A stretch of DNA of 64,000 bases, from contig CM119371.1 of NCBI GenBank assembly GCA_051294905.1, positions 16,680,001 to 16,744,000 on the forward strand, given 5' to 3'. Source of the stretch: Botryllus schlosseri. Lineage: Eukaryota. Shown piece after piece: positions 39,463 through 53,046 of this stretch. A program made the position numbers and the translations under genes. The notes beneath the pieces are model-generated. The model saw only the letters and a program-made list of their open reading frames with translations, had not been told where the DNA came from and did no database searches. Positions within the stretch are counted from its first letter, which is position 1, and every line of letters begins with the position of its first letter.

Positions 39463-40616
39463 ATGTCGTGTACCAGATAAATGAAGAGACGAAGATGACA
39501 GCTGAAGAACTAAATGAGCAGAATGACCTTGCAGAAATGGATCTCGCACCGCTAAAGACTGAATACGACACTCGTTATAGCCGCCTGTTACTCGGCAGAT
39601 CAGTGAGACGCTACGATAAAAAAGTGAATGCTAAAGAAAGAGAATCCCATAACGCAGTCACTCTGGAGACAGTACACCAATGCCCGATAAACGTATTCTC
39701 CACAACAGTGTTACTTGTTGGCGGACCAGGCGAAGGAAAGACCACGTCTGCAATAAAGTATATTAACAGAGCTTTAAAAAGGGAAATTATCGGACCCTCA
39801 GATGTTAAACTCATCGTCTTCATTAAAGGAGAAGACATAGACTGGGAGAGCCAATGCAGACCTTTTGAATTGTTATTCAAAGATCAATTCGCCAATATTT
39901 TTACAAGTGAGGAAGACTCAAAACCGCTTGAGGAATGGATAGCAAAAAATCCATCTGAAGTTTTAGTGATTATTGACGGCATCGACGTAGCCAAAACTGA
40001 TTCAATTAGCCCCGCAAAGACAGCTTTGAACAAAGTAGTATACCCTATTTCCATAATATTGAGTCTTCTGCGACGCGATATTTATAGAGGGATGTGGATA
40101 ATGTGTACTGCGACTCCTCAGTGGCTTTGGAAATTGCCGTATGTTCTGGATATACAAATTGTCAATATCGGCGGCTTCGAAGAAATCGACGTGCTAGATA
40201 TACTCGTACAGCTCACGGGCAAGCGAAAGCGTGTTGGTCTTTTACTACATTATTATCCATCTATAAAAGACATGTGCAAGACACCAGCTATGCTGATACA
40301 CATGGCTGATCAAATCAAAAAGAAGAAACCGATGACTGATATAAAAATTCTTCTTGATGCGATAAACTTTTTCGAGGCAAACCATGCCGGCAATGAGAAG
40401 ATCGGAAACAAGGAGATGGAGTTTATAATGGCCGCCGCACACAAGGCAGCAGCATTGGGAAGGATGGAGTTAGGAATGGAAGATTCCGATAAGAACACGG
40501 CTTATGCATTGGCTCATTACATTTCGGTTACGTATCGCCCTATGGACGGCAGAAATACAATAAAGACCATACAGAATCACGATCTTCGTTACAGATTTAT
40601 TAGCAAAGCAATTCGA
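39463..40616 (+). CDS. NACHT (STAND) NTPase exon of an NLR-like gene
   Basis: Walker A GGPGEGKTT, Walker B VLVIIDGID, sensor-1 region IMCTATP, IGGF, CKTP, and YRF at the exon end; acceptor ACAG at 39459-39462 and donor GTGAGT at 40617. Confidence 0.92.
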
Positions 40617-41173
40617 GTGAGTATGCATTATTATGACGCGTACAGTTGAACTTGAATTACATTTCGCACATGCAACTGGTCAAAAAAAATCCTCCAACGT
40701 TCAAAATTAAAATACGTTTCCATTCTTCATCGCTCTGCTCCGATATACATCAAGGTGTTAGGAAATACATTTCACCCGAACCCCCTCGACAATACATGAC
40801 TATCCTATAAATATCAATTACACTGGTCAACATATATTTTTAGGCAGACAAAGTAAGTGGTTTTGGGGGTTCTGAAAGGCAATGATTCCGAATATGACCT
40901 TAGTTTTTTTCGAATTTGCTCTTGTTGAGGAGATAACCCATGGGGCTATTTTGACCAGAATCCCCCATTTTCGAGGTAATGACTAGATAATAAAAAAATC
41001 GGCTCAGTAGTACTCTAAAGTTTGGAAATTCAATCTACTTGTTATTCTTACACACAGAAGACTCTTTTAAATCAAAATATAGGAACAGCACTATATTTAG
41101 GAACATTAGATTTATCATAATTACAGACTTTCACGGATATCATGAATTGAACAGTATATTCATATTGAAATGA

Positions 41174-41217
41174 GCCCGAATATTTTCGGCTGACACTCGT
41201 CAGGGGTAATCGTCAGC
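41174..41217 (-). ncRNA. Candidate minimal type I hammerhead ribozyme in a short repeat (about 41147-41285)
   Basis: Minus strand CCC-CUGACGA-GUGUCAGCC-GAAA-AUAU-UC-GGG: complete core, 3-bp stem I, palindromic loop 3; stem II has only one pair. Confidence 0.5.
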
Positions 41218-41530
41218 AACTAGCAGAGAATTGGAAAGAACATTGTATATCAACAATCGTATCACAAAATATGACGTCACCAGCATGAAAATTCGAAAAT
41301 GAGAGAGCGTTCAATGTACTATTTTTAGGATATCATGAACATAAATAAACTCCAGTCATGTATATAAGTATTTACCTAGATTATGTGGCATTAATTCAAT
41401 AAGTGTTACGTCAACCACCTATTGTAAATTTGATGTAATTAGTTGGAATATAATAATATTGATATATTTTAAATAATAATTGGTTTTTCGACGATTTTCG
41501 CCTGTAATCTAGATAGTGCAGTTTCTCGAA

Positions 41531-41757
41531 AGGTTCCGGCAATGGTCTGACATAATATGTTCAATTCTTCATCTCATCTGCCCTGATATCATTCTTTTGT
41601 CGTTCTGATGTTTTAGTAGAACCTCTCCCCTTGCTAATTAACAAGGAAATCAGGAAATATATCAAGATGAGTGAGCAGGAAGTGAACTTTCATGCTCATG
41701 TTTGAGCTCCAGTTTTCGATATGCAGATACGAATTTTCGGACCAACTTTTTGTAGTT
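41531..41757 (-). pseudogene. Chapaev3-type transposase C-terminal remnant
   Basis: NYKKLV..F..AYRKL..NMSMKVHFLLTHLDIFP...QGERF...I...YQGR...SDHC, with stops and frameshifts. Confidence 0.8.
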
Positions 41758-43371
41758 GAGTGCTTTGTGATCATCAATTTTTTTTTATTTACTACATCTT
41801 AGGAGAAATTACATGCAGTGAACTCCTTGCAAATGTGCAAATGGAATCTTTAATCGGTATTCAAATATACCAGATACCAGATATAAGCTTCTCGTTTGAT
41901 AGGGTTACTGGGTATACCCACTTTGTTGACTCAGCGGAAAATTATAAATTTACCAGTCGAAAGAAATGAGACGCATAAGAGTATTATAGGTAAGCCTTTC
42001 AAGGACCAATTTTACAGCTTTATTCTCCTCTTTAATATTGGTAGAATGACCAATAGATACGGGAGAATACGTATTTCCATGGTGCAAAAGTACTATTTTT
42101 AGACTTGACAGACTGCTTTTTTGACAAAAAAAATTTCGCATCGTGTCATGTTGATATTGACAGAATGACTGAGAATGACATGAGGGTTCTTCATAGTGAA
42201 TTAGCTATTTATGCGCAGTATAAAATTAGAAAAAAACTACGATTATCTGCCAACCGAGTGAAATATTCAAGAGTAAATACAGTAATTTTGGGCTTTTTTA
42301 GGGGTATAAATATCTTCTGACAAAGAGCCAATCTGACAAAACTAATGTAATATTCGTAATCAGCAACCTCAAAAACCTCAGAAACGGCTCTCAGATGGCC
42401 TGTCTAAAAAATAATCATTTTGTTGCCCAGTGTTATCAATTACGCACGAGGACCAACTTGGAATATATGTACTGTGGAGCAGTGATCCAAAACCCTTTTC
42501 AGTTCGTACCAAATTTTTAATCCAAGTCCCCTCGCGGGAATAACAATTAGATATGACCAAGGGAAACAGTACGCAATTCAACGCACAATGCGTCATATGA
42601 GTATAACGTATGATTACTAGTGTGAAAGCGCTTATGCATTCAATAAATCGTCTTTTACGCTGATTGGGGCTCTGAGTAGCTTGCGTCGCGGCAACCGTTT
42701 GCCGAATATAACATCAAATCGGGCTACGTTGCTGCATTCCCCAATTAACCTTCACAAAGCCTTCTCGAGGAGGGATTGATTCTCATTTCTCAGGCATACA
42801 CAATATCACACTTTCCACTTCCGTGCTCCAATCAAAATGACTGTCACGAAAATCGGACTCACGATTTATCTAGAGCACGGAAATGTGGTTTCCAGCGCTT
42901 CTGGGCATAACAAAATGTAAGGGCGAAGAACATGTGTTTTCAAGACCAATTGTGTAAAGATGAAGTTTTTGACAAATTTAGTAAAAAAGTTGAACATTAA
43001 AAAATTCATCACGGCCCACCTGAAATAGCTTCGCGACCTAGTGGTTGGGAAGCTCTGCAACAGAGTCATAGCAAAGGGCTTGCGAATGAACAATCAATAA
43101 AGATTATTAATTGCATAGTAAACATTTCGTCTAGAATGGAAAATATTAGCTTTAAAAGGTGTATAGTGAACCGTCAAACTCCATGGATATAAAATTGTAT
43201 GTTTCATGGTTTCACAGTTGCGGCTCGGGCATCTCCCTTAGCACTTTTATACAGTGGAGATTCACCGCATTTGTGATTGTCCTATGGTAGCAGCCGCAAG
43301 ATATCCCAAAAAATATTTGGAATCATATGCCGTCAATCCTAAATCAACTTGTGTATTTGAACTTCATTCAG

Positions 43372-43916
43372 GATCTCCTGGCTGCATTTCATTGGCTTTC
43401 AATCAACAATAACACAAATTACCGGAATTTACAAGAAACTCTATCCTCCACTGACATTCCCAATTTCATTCTTCTTGGAGTTGCAATCATCGCGGACGAA
43501 GACACTTGGCGAGTTGTAATTTCGCTATCAAAAACAAGTCAGTTCACGCCGTAATCTGTCTTATCCGCGTATACTGCATCCACAGAAGTAAATTATTAAT
43601 GGCTCATTTATACTACATAGGTGAAGAGACGTTGAGGCATTTACAGCAAGTACTGCGGAAGTTTCTAGAATCAAAGAATACAAGAACAACGATAAGCGAT
43701 GTGAAAGATCTTCGAATACTGCGTCAATGCGCCCCTCTTCTAAAACGTGGAGTGATAACTAGAGTTACCTCGATAAAAATCAAAACGGATTGTGACGCAG
43801 CCGATGTAGTAGCCGTTGCAGAATCCATTTATTCAGTCTCTAAAATAAGGGCGTATAGCAATATGAAGATATATGCGTCGTCGCTGTCGTTATTAGAAAC
43901 AAAAGTTGCTGTGGAG
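43372..43916 (+). CDS. NLR-like gene exons 43372-43537 and 43621-43916 (winged-helix/HD2 region)
   Basis: Splicing gives YRFISKAIR/DLLAAFHW, aligning to the NLR motif YxFxHxxxQEFxAAxY; phases 0-1 and 1-0 are consistent. Confidence 0.85.
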
Positions 43917-44266
43917 GTGAGAAAATGAACCATGATAATAGTGACATTTTCTGCATAACATTGCGATTACGTTCCACTGAATGTAATCAACCTTTAGTTA
44001 GAAGATCAGTCAATATTTATTCGTCACTCATGACTGCAAATCATATACATGCAATAGTTAAGAGCGAAAACGGTTTAGAATTTTAATGCGATGCCGATTT
44101 CAATAATCTTGTTATTTTGCATATCATTAGCATCAAAACATCATCGAGATTATGTTACATAGGTCAAAACCAGTAAATGCATGCGCCAGAGCGATTAATT
44201 GGAAAATATATTATTTTAAATTTTGTAATCAAGTCGTTGGTATTTACAAGTGTATATTAAATTAAG

Positions 44267-47200
44267 ATAAACAACTTGAAAATCGCGGGAGATATGCAGG
44301 AAGATGCTCAGGAGTTGTCGAAGCTGCTTGAAACGTGCTCCTGCTCCGAAAAGCCAGGTTCTATCACATTTCAAATGCAATCCGTTGAGCTATCGGATGA
44401 TAATATGAAATACGATGTTCAGGTATGTCAACTTGTATATACCGAATACTATCGCTGCGGGGATTAACGAATTTCATAGTCCGGCTCAGATCCTAATACT
44501 TAAAAATGAAGACCGGATCCCATTCCACTCCAGCCATCTATAAAATGTATGAATCCAGCTTTCAGGCGAAGAATGGATATGGCAAAATTCCTCGGTCTAA
44601 TCACTAGTACCCCGGGTCGTATGCCGAAAAGTAGGCATGTGGATTCGATCCGTAACCGGTTTTATCAGAACCGCTGAAGTATGGCAGCAGTCATAAACCA
44701 TCGTAAATCTCTCGTCCTTTGGTAGAAATCGTTACTTAATGAATGTTCATGTCTATTTATTGATGTTCGAAACCATGTCGATGTTGATAGTTATCATATG
44801 GCAATAGAAATGGTCTCGAGCGAACGTGTTGTATTTATTCCGCAGCGCAAGCTCCTGCAGGTGAAAGAATTGAAGGAAACCACAATAAGCATCATAAACA
44901 ACCTATTCCATTTCACGAGCGGGGGCGCGGATATACAAGTGCAAACTGTAAACATGAAGACGTTACCTAGACAAAGGATGCGCGCGCTCCTTGAGAAAAT
45001 AACCACGATGCCGGAAGATGCCAACAACTCTAAATTGAAGGTAAATCGACTTTGGATAGTTGGTCATCATTATGGCTTAGCAGCATTTCCATTCCTCGGT
45101 AAATAAATACTGATTGTTTGTTTGTGAAATGATCACAATCTATTCAGATACAACGACGCTGCTAATTTTAAAGAATACGAAACTCTCGGCATGAGACTAT
45201 TGCTTCTGACGGCTTTTTTGTGTGGTAAAACAGTGAACCGGTGGTTCCGAAACTACTGAGTGTTTCTTTTCACACATTGTTGAACACAATGTCATTATCT
45301 TCAAAGATTCTTTATTGTTAAATTTGCCGGATCGAGTAACACTTTTTGTCTTACGAATATACTTGGTGGCCAAAGTAATATTTCATACAACGAAACAACA
45401 ACAACAACGACGACGACAAAAACAACAATAAATAAACAAACATTAACAATTTTCGAGCGTAATCAATCCATGTGATACGCATGCTTCATTTGATGTCCAG
45501 GTGAAGGAATTGATTTGCTCTGAGCAGACACATTTGCCAAGAGAAATAGCGGATCTGATGACGAACACCGAATCCCTTCAAGTTGAGGTTTTGAAGTATG
45601 GAGATGTAACGGTTCTATCACGAACCGAATCGGTAAGGTTTTTGTAATTGAAAATAGAAAGTGATCAAACGTACGAATTTATATCGGTTATGAATGTTTG
45701 TGTGACGTGATTTATCAACTATGTCACGTGTTTGATTTGACATCTTCTATTGCGTCATGATTTGAAATTTATCTCTCTACACCAGCCACGAATAGTTTCA
45801 CAAAATGCCATGTTATTCAGAGATGTGTACGAGCTCTGCATTCAGATTCTCAATCGAAATAGTGGAATATGAGTATCTTAACATTTAGATGTCGATTATA
45901 TCTTTTGTTCCACAATTTCTTTAATCAAGTGGCACAATGAACAACATAAAATGTTGCAATATTGTCACATTCCTTGATCATCAACGTTTCCTGCTACTAA
46001 TCTTTGCAAGATATAATTTATTCGGAAATATAACTATGCGGATGTTCACATATCGTCAAGCATCACAGAAATATGGATAGAAAACTGAGTACATATTTAT
46101 ACGATAAATATTTGCAAAGCAAATACGTATCACTTTCAGTGTAGATTTTAGTAACTATCGATGATAAAGTTAATGTGTTGTTGACGCTATTTCATACACG
46201 TACGAACGACATGAACCTGCTTCGAAACCCGTTAAAAGTGGAGTCGATCCCAGCATTGAATATAATTTGTTCATTGTAAACGTGTACGATACATCTGGAA
46301 TGAAGATTATTGTTGCGAATCGTGCGTCAGACGTTTGTTTGCCCTATGTGTGTATTTTTTTACTTTCAATTCTACACGTTCAAAATATGTAGCCTAGTAT
46401 AGATATCGAACACACTCCGTTGTAATAATGCGAAGGTCTACAATTTATTCATATCTTGACACGTGTCTTCCAGAGTGTCTATGTCAATAAAATTTCATGC
46501 CTCACAACGGACGCAGTGTTAACAGCCTCCACGGGTTTGCTATCTCTTCTGAAGACCGGTTCTTGGAATAAATTGTGCACAAGAGATTTCAACATATTCG
46601 TAGAATTCGAAACCGATAAGGTAATGGAAGTTTTTCCCGAATTCTCATCTTTTGATTTCAATCTTAGTTCGTAGAAAATATGTCGGATATTCAAGTTTTA
46701 AATATTTTCAGAACAAGCAACGACATCCAGCCAACCTGCGAGTACAACGCAGTTTACAGGGAAGCATTAATAACGAAGCATATGACCAGCTCATTCCTCT
46801 CATGCTCAAACTAGGGTGTGGAAATATGGAATTTTGTGACATGTTGTTAACGGCACAATACATCTGCAAGAACGGAAAGAAAAACGTGTGTGTATTTTGA
46901 CGGCCAATTATATTGCATTTGATTATGATGTTCTCGACAGGTGGATAAAATTACGCTTTCGCGAATTTCACACGAGTATTTACGAGTGAATTCAGCTCCA
47001 GATTTCAAGATCGCGAAGTCTTTGTTTCAAAAAGCGGGCGCACGCTTAATTCAAATCGAATCGTTACTGTTTCATAGAATCTCCACTGATAATTACTCGG
47101 TAACTCATATTTTGTACCTACGAATACACTGAAGGATAATCTGAAGCTACTGTCTTCTTCAGCGAGCAACGGAATGGAATTATAAGGTATTGGATCTACA

Positions 47201-50200
47201 ATACGAGGCATTCGGATTTTTGAAGGATCTCCTATTCTTATTGAAAGCTCCGCCGACGAAAGTCGATCGTTGCTCACTGCTGAGTCTGAGTGAGCTATCG
47301 TCATTACAACTACTGGCGTCTAATATATCCCAGGTGGTATTCAGAAGCATTCTAAAAATGTAACATCATTCACATTTTCTTATTCAATATTACAGATCGG
47401 GAATTTAGAAATAACTGTCGAAGACATTGACGCGTTGAGTAATCTACATGAATTGATTCGAGGGATATGTTGGATTAATATCATTCTGAATCTTGAATCG
47501 CTTCGTATAGTCATCGATAAGGATACGGTAGACTAATTAGTTTATATCACAACTCAGTTTTTTTTAAATGCATTTTCATACGTTGTATTATTTAGGAGAG
47601 TCATATTTCTATATCAGAAATGACTGTGGACCGATTCAGTAGGTTATACGGAAGTCTGCTCCCTCATCTCCATAAAAATTCCATTTTTCGGGTGGAGAGA
47701 CTGATCACGTCGCTAGAGAAGCACAGAAAATGCAGGGAAGTGTTCGAGTGTTTTACCAACGGCGAGAAGAACAAGAAAATTATTACATTGCAAGTGTGTA
47801 CAGTTTCTCATATGACTAGTGCATGCGACATTATCAGAGGCAGTCAGAAGGGATTTTTTACTATTTTACCAGTAGTCGGGTTATTCGTTTCTTATTCTTT
47901 TACAGCTTCCTCGTGGTTTTTGACGTTTCCAACTTCTACTTCAACAGCTGTTTTATAACCCAAATTATTTCATACGGTAATGTCAGTGTTAAGTGTCACA
48001 AAGTATAACGGAAGTTACCCATTGCGACGACAGAATTGTGTGAGGTATACACGCCCGAGCTCGCTCGCGCGGCGGGGGGGCACAAAATTATTTCATAAAT
48101 CGACATGGATTATAGAATATTTTGTGGAAGATTTCGTACAACTTTTTAGTTTTCCTATTTGGTATAATAAAATGTCTACTTTTCGATATGCATCATTATT
48201 AAAAAAAACATGTCAACGTCGGTTACTCTCTCTCCACGACCTACCAATACTTCTGGAATGTGATTTCGCGAGTTGTGTTACCAAATGACACTTACATATA
48301 ACCTATTGCCAACAGTCCATAGGCACAGAATAGTCCTGCTCTTGTAATCTGAAGTCACAAACTTCCTCATCTCTACTAGTAGATCTGACCACATGAACCG
48401 GGAGACGATAGAAAATTATCAGAAATATATGCAATTGCCACTATTATAGACATAATTCAATACTTGTCCCGAAATACTTTCACGAATCGCGCAACTACGC
48501 ACACATGTAGACGTTTCCATAAAAGAGTAAAACTAAAGCCTGTCGTGAAGGGTGGTTAATGATCTCATGGGCGGAACAAACGTTTTTTTGGGCGGGGGTG
48601 GGGTGGGGGTATCAAAGTACTGTGGCGACCCTGGATTTGCGGATTAATGTTGACATCACGGATCAAGGGATGATTGTTAAGGCCTGAGATGTAGATAGTT
48701 TTAACTGTGAATGTACCTGCGTATATTAACGATCCTAGTAGGCTATATCGCAGGAAATGGAAGCATATAGGAAAATCATTTTTCCGTTGATTTGTGAGTG
48801 CAAGTGTTGCTTCCTTTGACAGGTGGACGAGCTTGTGAGCAACGGCGGCGTCATTGATTTGTTACAATTACGCTTGGAGAACGAATCGCGATTTTTGATT
48901 GTTTCAAAGATTCAAACCGATTGCGAAACGGTTATCAATTTTAAAAATAATCAAAACAACACGGTAAGCTATTAATCTAATTACTAAGCACTCGTCAGTA
49001 ACTGGATAATTGGTTATTAGGTTATCCTGCAATATAAATTTGAAGTTGAGCCAAGTAGGCTTGAGTTGAAACTGAACGGCAACAAAGCGTGAAACACTCG
49101 ATTACATGTTAATTCACGAATTGACTTCGCACGATGTCTGAGCGAATCCAAACATTTATAGCTTTCATCTTCTTTAGACAATTCAGCATAATCCCATGAA
49201 CTCAGCAGGATAAAGAAAAAACTAAATAGGTGTATTCTGGCTTCTAGAATATTCCCAAGATTCTCATATGACAAAATGGGCCATTATTATATAGCGTGGT
49301 AGAGATGGTCGAATGATTTTTTCAACGCATGTTTTCCGTCCAGATTGACACAGTCTCAATCAACGTTCTGACCGTGGAATCACTGATTGATATATATACC
49401 CGTGTAAACGGAAACGGAATGAGAGCTCACAGATCGAATTGGATCTTCGTGATCGATATGTGTTATTTTGAAGAAGTTGGAGCTGTCGAATTAAAGAATC
49501 GTGCGTATGGATTGAATCGTCAAATGACTTATAGCGCCATGATCTCGAACGTAAGAATGGGGGTTGCGAACTACGTTCAATATTCATATCAGATCGGGTT
49601 CAGTCGGTGACTATCGCCGATTCCCTGCCTTCGCTTCAATATATATTGTATTTAGCGGCGGCGATCGACATAATTGGCACAGTAACAGCAGCAGACTTGT
49701 ACAAACTAACATTTTTCTCAAAATTTGAAAATATAATTTGGTTTAGAACTACTCCTTCTTTAAAATTCACTATTCGAACTAAAATTCGATCTATTTATTC
49801 ACAACTCGAACTGGAACCAACTACTTTGAAACCCCCGCAACTAACTAAAACTCAAGTAACTGATATAACAAATTATACTGAATTAAGAATCAGCGAAAGG
49901 ACTGAGTTTCGATATAAACATGAGAGGGGCTCCTACACCCAAAACCGGACCCTTCCTACGACACTGTAGTAATGATTCTGAGCTAGCAATGGCTGCAAGA
50001 ACATGATGCAAGAGAACGCCGATATCACGATTCGCGCTAAATTACGACACGTGTAGGCTATTCTAGTTTTTTCACAACTCAATTATTTTTTAAATGCGGT
50101 TCTGGAATCACACACATTTGTAAATCCGAAACTGGACTAGAATTAGAAATACACCAAAAAACGTTGGTCAGTAGACCGTCAATTATCTAGATTCTAGATT

Positions 50201-50588
50201 GTTAGTATGTACAATTCTGAACAGCAAGTTGGGATAAATAAGAATGGTGTCTATCATAGCAAGCTAGTTCTAATTGATTATATGGTAGGGTATTCAAGTA
50301 GCCTATTCTGTAATTCAAATCGCAAGATCAGATCTAATCTTTAAGTATTTGCGAAATATGCATGTCGTTTAAACATATAATCACGCAAACATGACTTTGA
50401 CGATTCCAATGCTTGAGTCTTTGAAGACTTGAGATTTTTTTCAGATATCATCACTGAAGTTTCCAGGACGTTTCGACGTCGAAGTATTTAATTGCTACAA
50501 CAACCTGCTTCGCAGTGGTCAGGTTAGAGAGATGGTGTTTCAGAAGGACTTCGAATTCAGAACGGGGCGATGTTCTGGCGAGCACAAT
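44267..50588 (+). CDS. NLR-like gene: 12 consecutive phase-0 exons (44267-44422, 44861-45040, 45501-45632, 46474-46620, 46712-46885, 46941-47099, 47163-47333, 47396-47527, 47596-47793, 48823-48963, 49344-49550, 50445-50588)
   Basis: Each exon is AG/GT-bounded, stop-free and a multiple of 3 (132-207 nt). Alternative acceptor possible at 44846 and alternative donor at 47336. Confidence 0.78.
48015..48559. mobile_element. Possible piggyBac-like MITE (intronic)
   Basis: TTACCC..CGACAG at left and CTGTCGTG..GGGTGGTTAA at right; imperfect. Confidence 0.35.
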
Positions 50589-50658
50589 GTAAGACTGTAT
50601 CCGCAATTACTTCGGAAATCATCGTAGACGTTCAAATCCAAAACCTATACCTCTAATG

Positions 50659-51458
50659 CAGAGGTGGTCAACGGCCGTAGAAGGGAACTTGTGCGGCTGT
50701 CGACACGTAATTCAATTAGTATGTGTTGTCGGCCGTCGACATGCGATTTGACTCCCGAATTTTCGAGATATTTTAATTAGTCTCGAAATTTTCTTCGCTC
50801 TGTTCGCGACTCAATGTGTCTCCATTTTTTCAATTTAATATAGTAGCACCCTTTGCAATCTCAGCCCCACAGTTGACGCATAGAGCAGAGGAAAATGATG
50901 CGCACCATATACAAATATCAACTTGGAATCTTGTCCTCCTCACGAAGGAAATTTGCTTCTGGTACGTTTGGGAAATTCCAGTATGCCCGCAATCCTGATT
51001 GGAGGTCAAGAAATAACAGTATGCAACAAAGTGACCAATAACAATTCGACCACCCGAAGATGCATCATCATTTATAACTTGGCCTAAATTTTCGAAAACA
51101 CCCCTCCCCTCAACTCTACTGGTGAATCGGGTCACAGGGGCAGGGGAGAGATAAATATTTGATCGTAATATGCGAAATTACTAATATTATTTACAAAATT
51201 GATTCGTAAAACTGGAACACTTTTTGTCATAACGAATCCCAGTAACTATTCATAACATGACCACATCCGACTTCGGTGAGTATAGTAAGCCGATATGAGA
51301 ACGTAGATTAGTCCGGAGTTCACCCGAAATGGACAAGGACAGTTTAACAGGGGTATTTGTGTCCAGTTAGTTCATTACGGCCATGTCCTGGAATGCGGCC
51401 GTAAGCTACATAAGTAGTAGAAATGCGGCCGTGAATAGCAAAAAGGTTGCTCATCTGG
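50659..51458. mobile_element. hAT (Buster-like) MITE
   Basis: CAGAGGTGGTCAAC...GTTGCTCATCTGG; CGGCCGT repeats; TSD CTCTAATG/CTGTAATG. Confidence 0.75.
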
Positions 51459-51739
51459 CTGTAATGTATTCCCAATTCACAGACATATCCGAGGTCTTTT
51501 ACAATTCAGTGCCTAAGTCACATCCAGTTTGCAAAACATTATCGATCGATATTGTATAGGAATGGTGGGGTTGGCTTGGCTGCTTGTTGTTTGTTGCTTT
51601 GGTATTCACACTGTTTCGGCTTCGTTGCTCATTTTGTACCAAGTCTATATTCTTTAGCTATGTTTTCATATCTGACAACATGCAGAACGGCCCTGATACG
51701 TCCTACGCCTTGTAAGTCAAAGTTTTCGAGGGTCAGATA

Positions 51740-52125
51740 TAGGGATGCCTTCAAAACAAAATTTGTTCAAAACAAACATATGGAAAACAAGGCCCTTGTT
51801 TATAAAATGTTTTTTTATTTATTTCAAAGCCATGACGTCACGAATATCAAATTGGGACGTCATCGTGGATTGACATTGACAACTAAAAATATAGGGTAAA
51901 GATAGCTCATTTGACGAAATATCTGTACTATCGTTGTTGAACCGACTGTTTTTACGGTTCCACCACCCCATATCGTTATAAGCCGGCTATATCGGGTGTT
52001 AATTTTCCTTGGTCTAATGCAACATGTGTTTTGGTAAGTATTTACACAATCATGGCATAAATTCACAACTTAAAAAAATAAAAAATACCAAAATGTTTCA
52101 AAACACCTTTTTTAATGCACCGCTA
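51740..52125. mobile_element. hAT MITE, inverted relative of 37214-37636
   Basis: Colinear reverse complement; exact TSD GTCAGATA. Confidence 0.88.
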
Positions 52126-53046
52126 GTCAGATAACGAGGCATGTAGTTGGTTAATCTACAGCCACCGGCGCGAAATCTCGTTTCGATTCTCGTCAGTAGC
52201 ACGTTTTGAAAAGTGGAAGGTAAGTTTGGTACAGATACTGGTGATTCTTACAGTCAAGAGTCCAATTAAATTGGCCGAAATCTGTTCAACTTTTGATTAA
52301 ATTAGGCATGTCTCGTGTTCATCTGGGAGCCGTAATGTCATAGTAGTTTGTAAATTTTGTGACTCTTTCCCGGTCGAAGCAAAGTTTGCAGCCGATGTAT
52401 GTCTAACTGCGAGCATATTGCTATCATAAATACCTTCATGTCTGTATTTCCCGACTATCCATCGCAGTTATGTGACATGTGTTTTGATGACCCTACTCGA
52501 TTTTCAAAAATTATATAACAACGCCTTATATCAATATGACACCGGAAAAATTTATAATGTACTTGAATTCACACAATTTGTCTTCCAATTGTCGAAAGCT
52601 GTTTACGATCCAATATTCTATTCAAATAAAGATTATCGTCGCCCTGGTAATCGTAATCAAAATGTCAAGCACTCTTCTAGCAACGTTTAACCACCCGTCA
52701 GTTTACTTGAGGAATAATACAAATAAGCCGGCAATAAATTGATGGATATGGGTCAATATCCCGCCACACTGGATTCAAGAGAGCATAGTAAACAAATGTA
52801 ATCGCTTTTTCTTTACAATGTCCATCAGCTCAAATATAAGCAGTAGAGATTTGATAACATTGATTTCATAAAAGCCTCCTTAGCCTTTTAGGTCTGCAAA
52901 ATTGTAACACATATATGAAGAGGTATTGTTTATATCGGTACTAGATTATCGTAATCGAAATCTTTTGACGCGTCTGTTGAAACAATTGCTACAAAACAAG
53001 TACCCTGGTGAGTGGTGATATGCATATCAATATTTACTATCCAATA

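Larger units (their letters stand above)
40821..42432 (-). mobile_element. Chapaev3-like DNA transposon deletion derivative in the intron following the NACHT exon
   Basis: TIR CACTGGTCAACA / TGTTGCCCAGTG, TTA on both flanks (3-bp TWA TSD), similar subterminal regions, internal transposase remnant. Confidence 0.88.

Noticed and set aside
39468..40649. Stand-alone 393-aa prokaryote-like STAND defence gene
   Set aside because: Splice sites bound the exon, and the winged-helix motif is completed only by splicing to 43372.
50467..50482. Hammerhead GAAAC motif (GGACGTTTCG)
   Set aside because: No CUGANGA partner is present, and it lies within a coding exon.
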